DNA of 40,540 bases from Nitrosopumilus sp. (lineage in GTDB: Archaea; Thermoproteota; Nitrososphaeria; Nitrososphaerales; Nitrosopumilaceae). Position 1 is the stretch's first letter; each line of letters begins with the position of its first letter. The DNA is taken from the NCBI GenBank assembly GCA_007571135.1, contig RKRY01000163.1, forward strand, positions 1 through 40,540. Direction: 5' to 3'. Of this stretch, positions 16,675-25,438 are shown one piece after another. Made by a program: the position numbers and the translations under genes. The notes below the pieces were generated by a model, which was given only the letters and a program-made list of their open reading frames with translations, did not search any database and was not told the DNA's origin.

Positions 16675-17439
16675 ATGACATTGACTTTCGGTAAGGGATC
16701 GCTTATCTTTATAGATTACACTGCAAAAGTTAAGGATAGCGGTGAAGTATTTGACACAACAGTTGAAGAGGATGCAAAAAAGCACTCAATCCACGAACAA
16801 AACGTCAGGTACAGACCAAAACTAGTTTCAATTGGCGAAATCTCCTACCCTGTTCTAAAGGGCCTTGATGAGGCACTTGCAAATACTACAGTTGGCGATA
16901 AACTTACAGTTGAAGTTACACCTGACAAGGGATTTGGAGAACGTGATCCTGGCAAGGTCCGAATGATTTCAATCAGAAAATTAGGCGATGATGCAGAAAA
17001 AGTCTCAGTAGGGGACACAGTTGAGGTAGATTACAAAATGGGAGTCGTTCGATTCATCGGTTCCGGACGAGTTCAGGTAGACTATAATCACAAATATGCT
17101 GGAAAAACCATACTCTTTGATGTAAATGTAACCGGGTCACTAGACACTCCAAGCGATAAGATTGACGGCATTCTAAAAAACAGATTGCTGGTAGAAGATT
17201 CTAAAATCGCATTTGATTTGAGAGACAACGAAGTAAGCATATCAGTTCCTGAGGAGATCTTCCGTGCAGAGGGTTTGCCGATCACAAAATACCTTATCCA
17301 AGATGACGTCTTCAAATTTGTCCCAACACTTGAAAAAGTAATCTTTGTTGAGACGTATGTCGACAAACAGGACCAAGAAACGTATGTCGACAAACAGGAC
17401 CAAGAAACGATATCTAAAACAGAAGAGAAAGCCGCTTAA
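16675..17439 (+). CDS. slyD: Archaeal long-type FKBP peptidyl-prolyl isomerase (SlyD-like)
   Basis: DYTAKVKDSGEVFDTT, PDKGFGERDP, VDYNHKYAGKTILF. Confidence 0.9.
   Translation: MTLTFGKGSLIFIDYTAKVKDSGEVFDTTVEEDAKKHSIHEQNVRYRPKLVSIGEISYPVLKGLDEALANTTVGDKLTVEVTPDKGFGERDPGKVRMISIRKLGDDAEKVSVGDTVEVDYKMGVVRFIGSGRVQVDYNHKYAGKTILFDVNVTGSLDTPSDKIDGILKNRLLVEDSKIAFDLRDNEVSISVPEEIFRAEGLPITKYLIQDDVFKFVPTLEKVIFVETYVDKQDQETYVDKQDQETISKTEEKAA
17353..17409 (+). repeat. Perfect 27-bp tandem duplication in slyD 3' end
   Basis: acgtatgtcgacaaacaggaccaagaa x2 + acg, encoding TYVDKQDQE twice. Confidence 0.95.
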
Positions 17440-17441
17440 AC

Positions 17442-18509
17442 CTAGATTACTTTGACACTCTTGGCTAGATCTCGTGCTCTCTTGTAGGTCATTTTAACTT
17501 CCTTTAATATTGTATACCTGTCAGGCCTAAGCTCCTGGGCAATTGTCAATGCCTCTACCACCGTCTCTTCGGTCAGCCCAATCTCTTTTGCGGTAGTCGG
17601 CGCTCCAACATCTCTTAGCGTCTTGACAATTTTTTTCCAATCCTGTCCCTGCAACCTCCCAATCAAAATGGAGCCAATTCCACATTTTTCACCATGCAGA
17701 CCGACTCCCGGTGCGATCCTGTCTAGTGCGTGTGAGAACAGGTGCTCTGCTCCGGAGCATGGCCTGCTACTTCCTGCAATACATGAGGCAACCCCCGCAC
17801 TGATTAATCCCTCTACAATAATCCTGACATCGGGGCGACCTTTCTTTGCAAATTCTGACGAATTCTCCATTACCATCTTGGCACTCATCAGGGCCAAATC
17901 CGCTGCATATCTTCCATAGTACTCTTTCTTCTTTTCATGACCGAGTTGCCAGTCTTTTACCGCAACGATATTTGCAATTAGATCCCCGCAGCCGCTTGCA
18001 AGCAATTTTTTTGGCGCTTTTCTGATAATGTCTATGTCCACAAAAACGCCCATCGGAGCCGCAGCCACGATTGAATGGGGCTTGTCACTCTTAACGGATA
18101 CAAATGAACTGGCCATTCCGTCGTGGGAAGCGGCAGTTGGCAAGCTAACAAACGGTATGCCTAGATTGAAAGAAATTAATTTTGCAGTGTCAACGGATCT
18201 GCCTCCACCTATCCCTGCAATCAAATCTGCCTTGTCTTTTTTTACATTTCTTTGAATCTGATTTAGTGATTCTATCTGATTGTCGATTGAAGTATGCCAA
18301 ACAAATCTTATTTTATCTGAACTAAGAGATCCTTCTATCTTCTTCCTTAATACTTTCTGAACATTTGCACCTGAAATTAACGAAACTTTTTTTGGCTTGT
18401 TTAGAGTTTTTAGGAACTTGCCAAAATCCGCAATATTTTTTTCGCCTATCTCTATGAGCCTTGGCAATTCCATTGTATGTGATTGCGCGCGATCTTGATC
18501 CTTTCTCAT
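17442..18509 (-). CDS. egsA: sn-glycerol-1-phosphate dehydrogenase
   Basis: GIGGGRSVDTAK, PTAASHDG, SSRPCSGAEHLFSHALD, LHGEKCG, RYTIL. Confidence 0.95.
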   Translation of the reverse strand: MRKDQDRAQSHTMELPRLIEIGEKNIADFGKFLKTLNKPKKVSLISGANVQKVLRKKIEGSLSSDKIRFVWHTSIDNQIESLNQIQRNVKKDKADLIAGIGGGRSVDTAKLISFNLGIPFVSLPTAASHDGMASSFVSVKSDKPHSIVAAAPMGVFVDIDIIRKAPKKLLASGCGDLIANIVAVKDWQLGHEKKKEYYGRYAADLALMSAKMVMENSSEFAKKGRPDVRIIVEGLISAGVASCIAGSSRPCSGAEHLFSHALDRIAPGVGLHGEKCGIGSILIGRLQGQDWKKIVKTLRDVGAPTTAKEIGLTEETVVEALTIAQELRPDRYTILKEVKMTYKRARDLAKSVKVI

Positions 18510-18602
18510 TATTTATGACTTCAGCGGACGTACTATATGGAAATTATGACTTGCTCAATCTGCTGTATATGGGTTTTAATTCAATTCATATTGATATGGT
18601 CA

Positions 18603-18680
18603 CTAACTGCTTTACAACTTGTTTCTCACAGCCATTTTTGGCCAAATTATCCTTAATCTGGCAAGAACTAAAGCAGGCTA
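18603..18680. mobile_element. MITE family A, diverged copy 4 (egsA/psmB divergent intergenic)
   Basis: acaacttgtttctcacagccatttttggccaaattatcctt core; has its own TIR ctgcttta/taaagcag. Confidence 0.75.
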
Positions 18681-18744
18681 GTTGGATAGATAAGTTATTT
18701 AAAAGGGTACAATGCCACTTACTTTATCTTAATAGGTGTATTTT

Positions 18745-19377
18745 TTGTCAAATAATGTCGAAGAAAAGATTCTGCATGGGACTACCACCGTAGGTATCAG
18801 GACTAAAGACGGTGTTGTATTATGCGCTGACATGCGAGCAAGTGCAGGATATTTCATTGCAAATAACAACACCATGAAAATCCAAAAAATTGATCATCAT
18901 GCTGGTTTGACCCTGGCAGGCGGAGTTGCTGACGCACAAAATATCGTTAATATCCTACGTTATCATTCTAACTTACACAGAGTAGAAAGGCAAGTACCGA
19001 TTCCCATTCATTCTTTAGCAAGACTGTGTTCGTTGATATTTCATCAAAATAGGGGCTATCCATTTATGGCCGATATCTTAGTTGGCGGCTATGATACACA
19101 GGGACCTGCATTGTTTAATATTGACATGTTTGGTTCAGTCGAAGAGAAATCATATGTTACAACAGGAAGCGGTTCCCCGGTTGCCTATGGTTTACTTGAG
19201 GATGAATACAGGACGGATCTCACTGTAGAAGAAGCAAAGAAGGTTGCTTTGCGTGCAGTAAAAGCTGCCATTGTTAGAAATATTGGTACAGGCGACGGAA
19301 TCAACGTCGCCATCATGGATAAAGACGGCTTCCGTCTTTTGACCGATGAACAAAAGAAAGCTGTCATCGAACTTTAG
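18745..19377 (+). CDS. psmB: Proteasome beta subunit
   Basis: Propeptide ...ILHG/TTTVGI, ADMRASAG, GSGSPVAYG; TTG start at 18745 preferred (GTG at 18736 possible). Confidence 0.95.
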   Translation: MSNNVEEKILHGTTTVGIRTKDGVVLCADMRASAGYFIANNNTMKIQKIDHHAGLTLAGGVADAQNIVNILRYHSNLHRVERQVPIPIHSLARLCSLIFHQNRGYPFMADILVGGYDTQGPALFNIDMFGSVEEKSYVTTGSGSPVAYGLLEDEYRTDLTVEEAKKVALRAVKAAIVRNIGTGDGINVAIMDKDGFRLLTDEQKKAVIEL

Positions 19378-19384
19378 TGATTTA

Positions 19385-21325
19385 ATGCAAAGAAAACAAC
19401 AACCATCTAAGGAGTTACTCTCTAGCCAAAATATAATGGCCACCATACTGCAAAGTATTCCTAAAGAAGCAAGTGTTACAAAAATCGAATACGAGGGGCC
19501 AAGAATTGCACTCTACACAAATTCTCCGCTGTATCTGATGGAAAATAACGAAACAATCTCTAATCTTGTAAGCGTAATTAAAAAAAGAATAGTCGTCAGA
19601 ACCGACGAATCAATCCGTAAACCGGAGGACGAGGCGAGAAAAATCTTGGCGGAGTGTGTTCCAAAAGATGCAGATCTGCAGGGAACAATATTTGATACTA
19701 CTACAGGCGAGGTCTCAGTTGAAGCAAAACGGCCATGGCTGTTACAAAGAAATGCCAAAGAATTCAGCCATGCAAAAGTGACTGAGGAGATTGGATGGAG
19801 GTTGCGAGTAAGAAAAGCTACCACTATTCCCTCACGTACAATCCAAACAATTAATGCCACTCTCAAACAAGCCTCATCTGAACGAAGCAAGCAACTAAAA
19901 CAAGTCGGAGACGAAATCTTTAGGCCTAGGCTGTCTCATAGAACCGAGGTCTCCCTATATACTCTGGGCGGCTTTGGTCAAGTCGGACGTTCGTCATTGC
20001 TTCTTTCTACTCTGGAAAGCAAAATCCTAATAGATTGTGGCATTAATCCCGGGGCCCGTTCTCCAATGGATGCATTTCCAAGGCTAGACTCCCTAAACAT
20101 GACTTTAGATGAGATTGACGCAGTTGTAATTGGGCATGCCCACTTGGATCACACGGGATTTTTGCCGGCTCTTTGCAAATATGGATACAAGGGACCGATT
20201 TATTGTACTGAGCCCACATTACCCATGATGAATCTGATTCAGCTCGATGCAATCAAAGTAGCAACTGCACAAGGAAGGACCCCGATTTATTCTGAGCGAG
20301 ACGTAAAACAAATCATGAGACAAACAATTACTTTGCCTTATGGGACCGTTACTGATATCTCCCCTGATATCAAGCTGGTTCTAGCAAATGCCGGACACAT
20401 TCTAGGCTCTGCCTTGTGCCATTTCCATATTGGAAACGGTGATCATAATTTTGTCTATTCTGGCGATATTAAATTTGGAAAGAGTATCTTGTTTGAAGCA
20501 GCCAGTTGGAACTTCCCAAGAGTTGAAACGCTACTTATTGAAAGTACATATGGCCTCAAAGAGGACATTCAACCCAGCAGGCAGGAAGTTGAATCTGCCT
20601 TTATCAATGCTGTAAACAACACGCTGGCAGACGGAGGCAAAGTCCTGATTCCAATTCCTGCCGTAGGACGTGCACAGGAATTGATGATGGTAATTGATCA
20701 TTATATGAAATCTGGAGAAATGATTGAGGCGCCAGTATTTACAGAAGGTATGATCTCAGAGGCATCTGCAATTCACGAGTCATATCCGGAATACTTGGCA
20801 AGAGAACTGAAACAAAAAATTCTCGAGACTGACGATAATCCCTTTGATTCTGAATACTTTACAAATATTGAGCATGCAGATGCAAGAGAAGAGCCGATGA
20901 GGGAAGACTCGCCGTGCATCATTCTGGCTACGTCCGGAATGTTGGAGGGCGGACCTGTTTTAGAATACTTTAAAAACATTGCACCTGACAAGAAGAGCAA
21001 AGTTTTGTTCGTATCTTATCAGGTAAACGGAACCCTTGGAAGACGTGTTTTGGATGGCTCTAAACAGGTATCCCTGTTGGGAAAAGAGGGAAAGGTAGAA
21101 GTCGTAACAATTAATTGCGGCGTTGAAAAACTAGACGGATTTAGTGGCCACAGTGATTACAACCAACTGATGTCTTTTGTACAAAGACTCAGACCAAAAC
21201 TCCGAAGGGTTTTAGTCAATCATGGAGAACGTAAAAAATCTGAAAATCTTGCAACAAACATTAGACGCATGCATAGAGTCTCTGCTCATTATCCTCAAGT
21301 TCAAGAGGCAATAAAATTATTTTAG
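19385..21325 (+). CDS. Beta-CASP ribonuclease aCPSF1 (FttA, termination factor)
   Basis: KH-domain N-terminus (IEYEGPRI), HAHLDH, AGHILGS, ESTYG, GFSGHSD, NHGE; ATG at 19385 follows the psmB stop. Confidence 0.95.
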   Translation: MQRKQQPSKELLSSQNIMATILQSIPKEASVTKIEYEGPRIALYTNSPLYLMENNETISNLVSVIKKRIVVRTDESIRKPEDEARKILAECVPKDADLQGTIFDTTTGEVSVEAKRPWLLQRNAKEFSHAKVTEEIGWRLRVRKATTIPSRTIQTINATLKQASSERSKQLKQVGDEIFRPRLSHRTEVSLYTLGGFGQVGRSSLLLSTLESKILIDCGINPGARSPMDAFPRLDSLNMTLDEIDAVVIGHAHLDHTGFLPALCKYGYKGPIYCTEPTLPMMNLIQLDAIKVATAQGRTPIYSERDVKQIMRQTITLPYGTVTDISPDIKLVLANAGHILGSALCHFHIGNGDHNFVYSGDIKFGKSILFEAASWNFPRVETLLIESTYGLKEDIQPSRQEVESAFINAVNNTLADGGKVLIPIPAVGRAQELMMVIDHYMKSGEMIEAPVFTEGMISEASAIHESYPEYLARELKQKILETDDNPFDSEYFTNIEHADAREEPMREDSPCIILATSGMLEGGPVLEYFKNIAPDKKSKVLFVSYQVNGTLGRRVLDGSKQVSLLGKEGKVEVVTINCGVEKLDGFSGHSDYNQLMSFVQRLRPKLRRVLVNHGERKKSENLATNIRRMHRVSAHYPQVQEAIKLF

Positions 21326-21595
21326 ATCGTACTCTGGCTTCCAGATCTTTATACTTGATGGGGCGACAATAATTCTTTCCTCTCCAAGTCTGGCAATGTC
21401 TGCACCGGCAACCTTTGCAATAGAATACAATTCCTCAACTACTTTTCTGAGTTGTTCAACATCTTTTTGCGCCAATGGCGTAACTCTAAGAATCAAGATC
21501 ATGTCTTTTTTGATGTCCTCTTTTATTGAATGAACATCACTGACATCTCTAATCGTAATTGCTTTGAGATATGTTGGATTTTCTTGTTTTTGCAT
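21317..21595 (-). CDS. sepF: Cell division protein SepF (archaeal)
   Basis: ILILRVTPL...GADIARLGEERIIVAPSSIKI. Confidence 0.85.
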   Translation of the reverse strand: MQKQENPTYLKAITIRDVSDVHSIKEDIKKDMILILRVTPLAQKDVEQLRKVVEELYSIAKVAGADIARLGEERIIVAPSSIKIWKPEYDLK

Positions 21596-21668
21596 TCTAT
21601 CTCAAAAAGTGATCTACTTCCTCAAAAAGTCTTCCTTAGTTTTGACTAATTTTTTTAAAATTTTACGC

Positions 21669-22727
21669 CTAGATTCTAAACTTTAGATAGTCCCCTTCTG
21701 AAGCTCTGTTAGTTGTAATCTCTTCAGAGGCGTCTTCTGATATGACTGAGACGACTCCGGGTCTGTCTTTTGGCGCATCTGAATATCTTAGAGTCACTGA
21801 CGAAGCAAAATCAAGGTGTTCCCTTGCATTTTTGCCGCGAATAATGGAGACTGGTCCGACATGATCTCTGGCCTCAAGTAAGATATCTCTTGGCAATGCA
21901 ATTGCCTTGATCATCTCATTTTCATCCTTGTTTCTACCGACAACAAACTTTGTTTGCTTGTCCAGTCTGAAGTGCCTTCCAATCTTTAGGAGATCGATAT
22001 CGTTTATTGTCGGTGTCTCTGTATGCTCAAACAGATCTCTGGCCTTGATTCCAAAAGCAGGATCTGTTAAGAGGCACCCCCCGCCCGCATTTGGAGGGTT
22101 TTCTATTCCATATTCTTTTGCCATCTGTAACTGTGTTTTTCTTGTTCTACCTTTGATCATTCCTAGATTCTCCCTTTTGATCAGGCCTTCTTTCTCGGGA
22201 TCTGTTGGCGGTAGCAATCCTGCCGATAACGGTCTTACGATCTTTCCGACTAGGTTTGACTCTTTTTCAATCGTTCTTAGTGATGGGGCGTGCTGACTCA
22301 TCGGTCTTTGTCCTAGCACCTCGCCTGAAATTATGAATTCTGCCCCGATCTCCTCCATGTGTTTTTTTGCCGCATCAAACATCATTGAACGACAGTCAAC
22401 ACACGGATTAAATCCTGCACCAATCCCGTGTTTGGGATTTTTTAGCATCTCAATATACTTGTCACCAAGATACACTGTCTTTAAATTCACATTGAGATCA
22501 TCTGCACGCTCCCTTATCTCAAAGCCGCAACCACGACCGCAATCAAAATCACAAAAAGGCGTCTTTATGGCAACAGCTGAAACATCAAATCCCTGTTTTT
22601 GCATCATCCGAACTGCCAGCTGACTATCTAGCCCCCCGGACAATAAAGCAACCACCTTTTTCTTCTCCCTCTCTTCGGCCACAGGTGACTTGTCTGAATT
22701 TCCATATACAAACTTTGCACCATACAT
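21669..22727 (-). CDS. ThiI/MnmA-like PP-loop tRNA sulfurtransferase (DUF814-containing type)
   Basis: LLSGGLDS, NPCVDCR, GEVLGQRPMSQ, AGGGCLLTD, GRHFR. Confidence 0.8.
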   Translation of the reverse strand: MYGAKFVYGNSDKSPVAEEREKKKVVALLSGGLDSQLAVRMMQKQGFDVSAVAIKTPFCDFDCGRGCGFEIRERADDLNVNLKTVYLGDKYIEMLKNPKHGIGAGFNPCVDCRSMMFDAAKKHMEEIGAEFIISGEVLGQRPMSQHAPSLRTIEKESNLVGKIVRPLSAGLLPPTDPEKEGLIKRENLGMIKGRTRKTQLQMAKEYGIENPPNAGGGCLLTDPAFGIKARDLFEHTETPTINDIDLLKIGRHFRLDKQTKFVVGRNKDENEMIKAIALPRDILLEARDHVGPVSIIRGKNAREHLDFASSVTLRYSDAPKDRPGVVSVISEDASEEITTNRASEGDYLKFRI

Positions 22728-22753
22728 AAATTAAGAAAACCAGATGATCTGTT

Positions 22754-23821
22754 GTGAGACAACGACGAAAAGATCTTCTAAGACACGCACAAAAGATCGA
22801 CTGTGACACCCTAGTTGCCTTTGAGCCTGAAAATCTCTTCTATCTGACAGGATTCTGGGGAGAGGCAATAGGCTTGCTAGAAAAAAACGGCAAAACCACC
22901 GTCATCGCGCCTGATCTTGAGATTAGAAGAGCAAAAGAAGAGGTCATAGATTGTGATGTGATCGCAGCCGAGCGCGGAACAGGCATGGTTGCATCATTAA
23001 TCAAAAAGATCAAGAAAAGCAAGGCCTGCACTGACTGTCAGAATTACTCTGTTGTGACTCTGCTCAAAGAATCGATTCCAAAAATAAAACCGTCAACTGA
23101 GCCATTCTACAATGGCAGAATCATCAAGGATGAAAACGAGATCAAGATTCTCAAAAAGGCATCTAGGATCATTGACGAAATGTTCGAAATATGCTTAAAA
23201 AAGATCAAAGCAGGTCAAAGGGAATCAGAACTTCAAACCATTCTTATGACATATGCAATGGAGCATGAAATGTTTGATACTGGATACAAATCTGCTCTAA
23301 ACCCACTAATTGTTGCCGGAGGTCCAAACGGCGCACTTCCTCATGCCCAAGTCACGCAAAGAAAATTCAAGCGGGGAGATCTTGTGGTAACTGACCTTAC
23401 ACTAAGATACAAGGGATACGTATCGGATGCAACCAGAACCTTTGCCTTGGGAAAGATCTCCAAAGAGGCAAACGAGGCCTACGAAACCGTTAAGGAATCG
23501 CAGAGATTGGGACTCAAAACGGCAAAACCAAATGTGGATTGTAAGGACGTGGATGCGGCTTGCAGAAAACTCATTGACGAAAAAAACTTCGGCCGATACT
23601 TTATTCATTCCACAGGTCACGGAATCGGTTTGGAAGTTCACGAACTGCCTGCTGTATCGTACAGAAGCAATGCAAAATTAAAAAAAAACATGGCAATAAC
23701 CGTCGAACCGGGAATATACATTGAAAACAAGTTTGGAGTAAGAATTGAGGATTCTTTGATCGTCAAGGATCGCGCCCCCCTAGTAATGCACAAATTTACA
23801 AAAGATCTGGTCACAATCTGA
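22754..23821 (+). CDS. Xaa-Pro peptidase (M24 family)
   Basis: ALPHA, YVSDATRT, HSTGHGIGLEVHE, TVEPGIY, GVRIED. Confidence 0.95.
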   Translation: MRQRRKDLLRHAQKIDCDTLVAFEPENLFYLTGFWGEAIGLLEKNGKTTVIAPDLEIRRAKEEVIDCDVIAAERGTGMVASLIKKIKKSKACTDCQNYSVVTLLKESIPKIKPSTEPFYNGRIIKDENEIKILKKASRIIDEMFEICLKKIKAGQRESELQTILMTYAMEHEMFDTGYKSALNPLIVAGGPNGALPHAQVTQRKFKRGDLVVTDLTLRYKGYVSDATRTFALGKISKEANEAYETVKESQRLGLKTAKPNVDCKDVDAACRKLIDEKNFGRYFIHSTGHGIGLEVHELPAVSYRSNAKLKKNMAITVEPGIYIENKFGVRIEDSLIVKDRAPLVMHKFTKDLVTI

Positions 23822-23823
23822 GG

Positions 23824-24324
23824 CTAGTCGTAAAAATCCACCAAATCCAAAATATGTTTTGAATCAGGATTGTTTGCGTCTATCTCATTAGAGTTGACAT
23901 TGACGTTCCAATCGTAATTCATCTCCCCTCCGTGCGACTTGAAGTCAAATGTTACCTGATACACTTCAGAATTAACTTTAGATACGGCAAGATCCACACT
24001 CGTCTCTTTGTTATTGTAAATTTTTTCATCAGGATACTCCTCTGCTATCTTGTCTGATAGCGCCTCCATGACAGTTAGCCCGGCTTGATTTGGGCCGTTA
24101 TACCCCATCAGGATGTCTGCTATCTTCTGATCTTCGGCTGAGAGCTCCGGCAGCGCACTCTCCAAATCCCCTTTAGTTAGCTCAGGAACTGCAAAGATGA
24201 GGAACAATCCTGCTAACCCAAGATAAATGGGCGCTCTTTTTTTGAGAAACGCCTTAAAATCACCCTTTCTTGGCTTTTCTCCTCCTTCACCTTCTTTTCT
24301 CCTTCTCCCCCTGTCTTTTCCCAT
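23824..24324 (-). CDS. Hypothetical single-TM membrane protein
   Basis: 166-aa ORF with basic N-terminus and one hydrophobic helix, co-oriented with the upstream cluster. Confidence 0.75.
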   Translation of the reverse strand: MGKDRGRRRKEGEGGEKPRKGDFKAFLKKRAPIYLGLAGLFLIFAVPELTKGDLESALPELSAEDQKIADILMGYNGPNQAGLTVMEALSDKIAEEYPDEKIYNNKETSVDLAVSKVNSEVYQVTFDFKSHGGEMNYDWNVNVNSNEIDANNPDSKHILDLVDFYD

Positions 24325-24334
24325 TCTCTCTTAC

Positions 24335-25264
24335 CTAGTTTTCTGCAGTTAGAATTAAAACTTGCCAAGGGAAGCGAATTATCCCGTCTCTACCTGTAAA
24401 CTTCTTGGCATTTTCTTTTACCATGTCCCTGAGTTCTCTTCGCCGAGATCCATCCAAAGTTGACAATTTTTCTTTGATTGGCTTTGCAACATATCTTGTG
24501 TAGTTTGTCCAATAATCATCAAATTTTCCTGGGCTGTACCTGAAAACGTACTCGTGAATTGAGATATTTGAAAACCCTGCTCTTTTTATCTCGGCCCTGA
24601 GGAATCTTTTCGTTCCATATCTATCCAAATCCGGAGTTCCGGGAGGGACGTAATCTGGAATAAACCGGGTTACTGCGTCATAAATTGCGTCAAAAAATGG
24701 CACCTTGTCCCTGCAACCATGTACGGATATGCCTAACCTTCCAGATCTCTTCAGATTTCTCCTCATATTTCTTAGAGCCCTTACTGCATCAGGAAAGAAG
24801 AACAAGGCGTACTGGCATGTAACGACATCAAATCTTTGATTAAACGAAAAATTTTCCGCATCGGAATTTACAAACGATACATTAGAATTTGCCGTGTTGT
24901 ATCTTCTTGCAACTTTGATTGCCGTAATTGATAGCATGTTGCATAACCTGCCTAAATTAGGATAATCTTGGCCAAATATGGCTTTGAAAAGCAAGTTGTG
25001 CAACATACTAGTAATTGATGTGTCTACAGCAACAACACGACCCGACTTTCCTACTTTTTGACTCAATCTCCTTGTCACTGCCCCCGTTCCACAGGCCATG
25101 TCAAGTGCGTTGTAACCCTTTTGAACATCAACATGCTCAACTAGCTTTTTTGTGCTTTGAAACGGCCCACAGGCTGCAGCAGCCCAACGCTTATGGTATC
25201 TTGGTGCAACCTCGTTCCAAATTTCCATATTCCTTTTTTTGTAATCAAATGAATCACCCTTCAA
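24335..25264 (-). CDS. Class I SAM-dependent methyltransferase (UbiE-like) carrying an in-frame 29-aa MITE insertion
   Basis: LDMACGTG motif I, VVAVDTS, DAE, FDVVTCQYALFFF, LKRSGRL. Confidence 0.9.
   Translation of the reverse strand: MKGDSFDYKKRNMEIWNEVAPRYHKRWAAAACGPFQSTKKLVEHVDVQKGYNALDMACGTGAVTRRLSQKVGKSGRVVAVDTSITSMLHNLLFKAIFGQDYPNLGRLCNMLSITAIKVARRYNTANSNVSFVNSDAENFSFNQRFDVVTCQYALFFFPDAVRALRNMRRNLKRSGRLGISVHGCRDKVPFFDAIYDAVTRFIPDYVPPGTPDLDRYGTKRFLRAEIKRAGFSNISIHEYVFRYSPGKFDDYWTNYTRYVAKPIKEKLSTLDGSRRRELRDMVKENAKKFTGRDGIIRFPWQVLILTAEN
24932..25010 (-). mobile_element. 79-bp MITE family A, copy 5, inside methyltransferase CDS
   Basis: Reverse complement of copy 1 (one mismatch); 8-bp TSD gtaattga at 24924-24931 and 25011-25018; 87 bp total. 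Confidence 0.95.
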
Positions 25265-25438
25265 TCTTTCTCAAATCCTTTAACTGCGATTTCAGTGTTC
25301 TTCCCGTTTCATGATAGTATCTGTACTCAATTTCTTTTAGCAATTCAGAAAATCTGACCGTCTCGGCAATCTTTCTTTCATCTTTTGCTTTGCCTCAAAA
25401 TACTGGGCAATCAGCTTTTTTAAATCTGACTTTTTCAT
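25254..25438 (-). pseudogene. Small hypothetical gene, apparently frameshifted
   Basis: ATG overlaps the coaBC stop (MKKSDLKKLIAQYFEAKQK); a second frame continues ...LLKEIEYRYYHETGRTLKSQLKDLRKIEG*; span is 185 nt. Confidence 0.4.

Noticed and set aside
18461-18793. 110-aa ORF (also 35579-35764) with FSxPFLAK peptide
   Set aside because: The shared peptide is only a translation of MITE family A; the first ORF also overlaps real genes.
21669-22727. PP-loop sulfurtransferase as part of the PT system
   Set aside because: It is a ThiI/MnmA-like tRNA-modification family member in core context, 11 kb from the island.
24924-25018. MITE removed from mRNA as a BHB intron
   Set aside because: The junction sequences do not form a 4-bp helix with 3-nt bulges.
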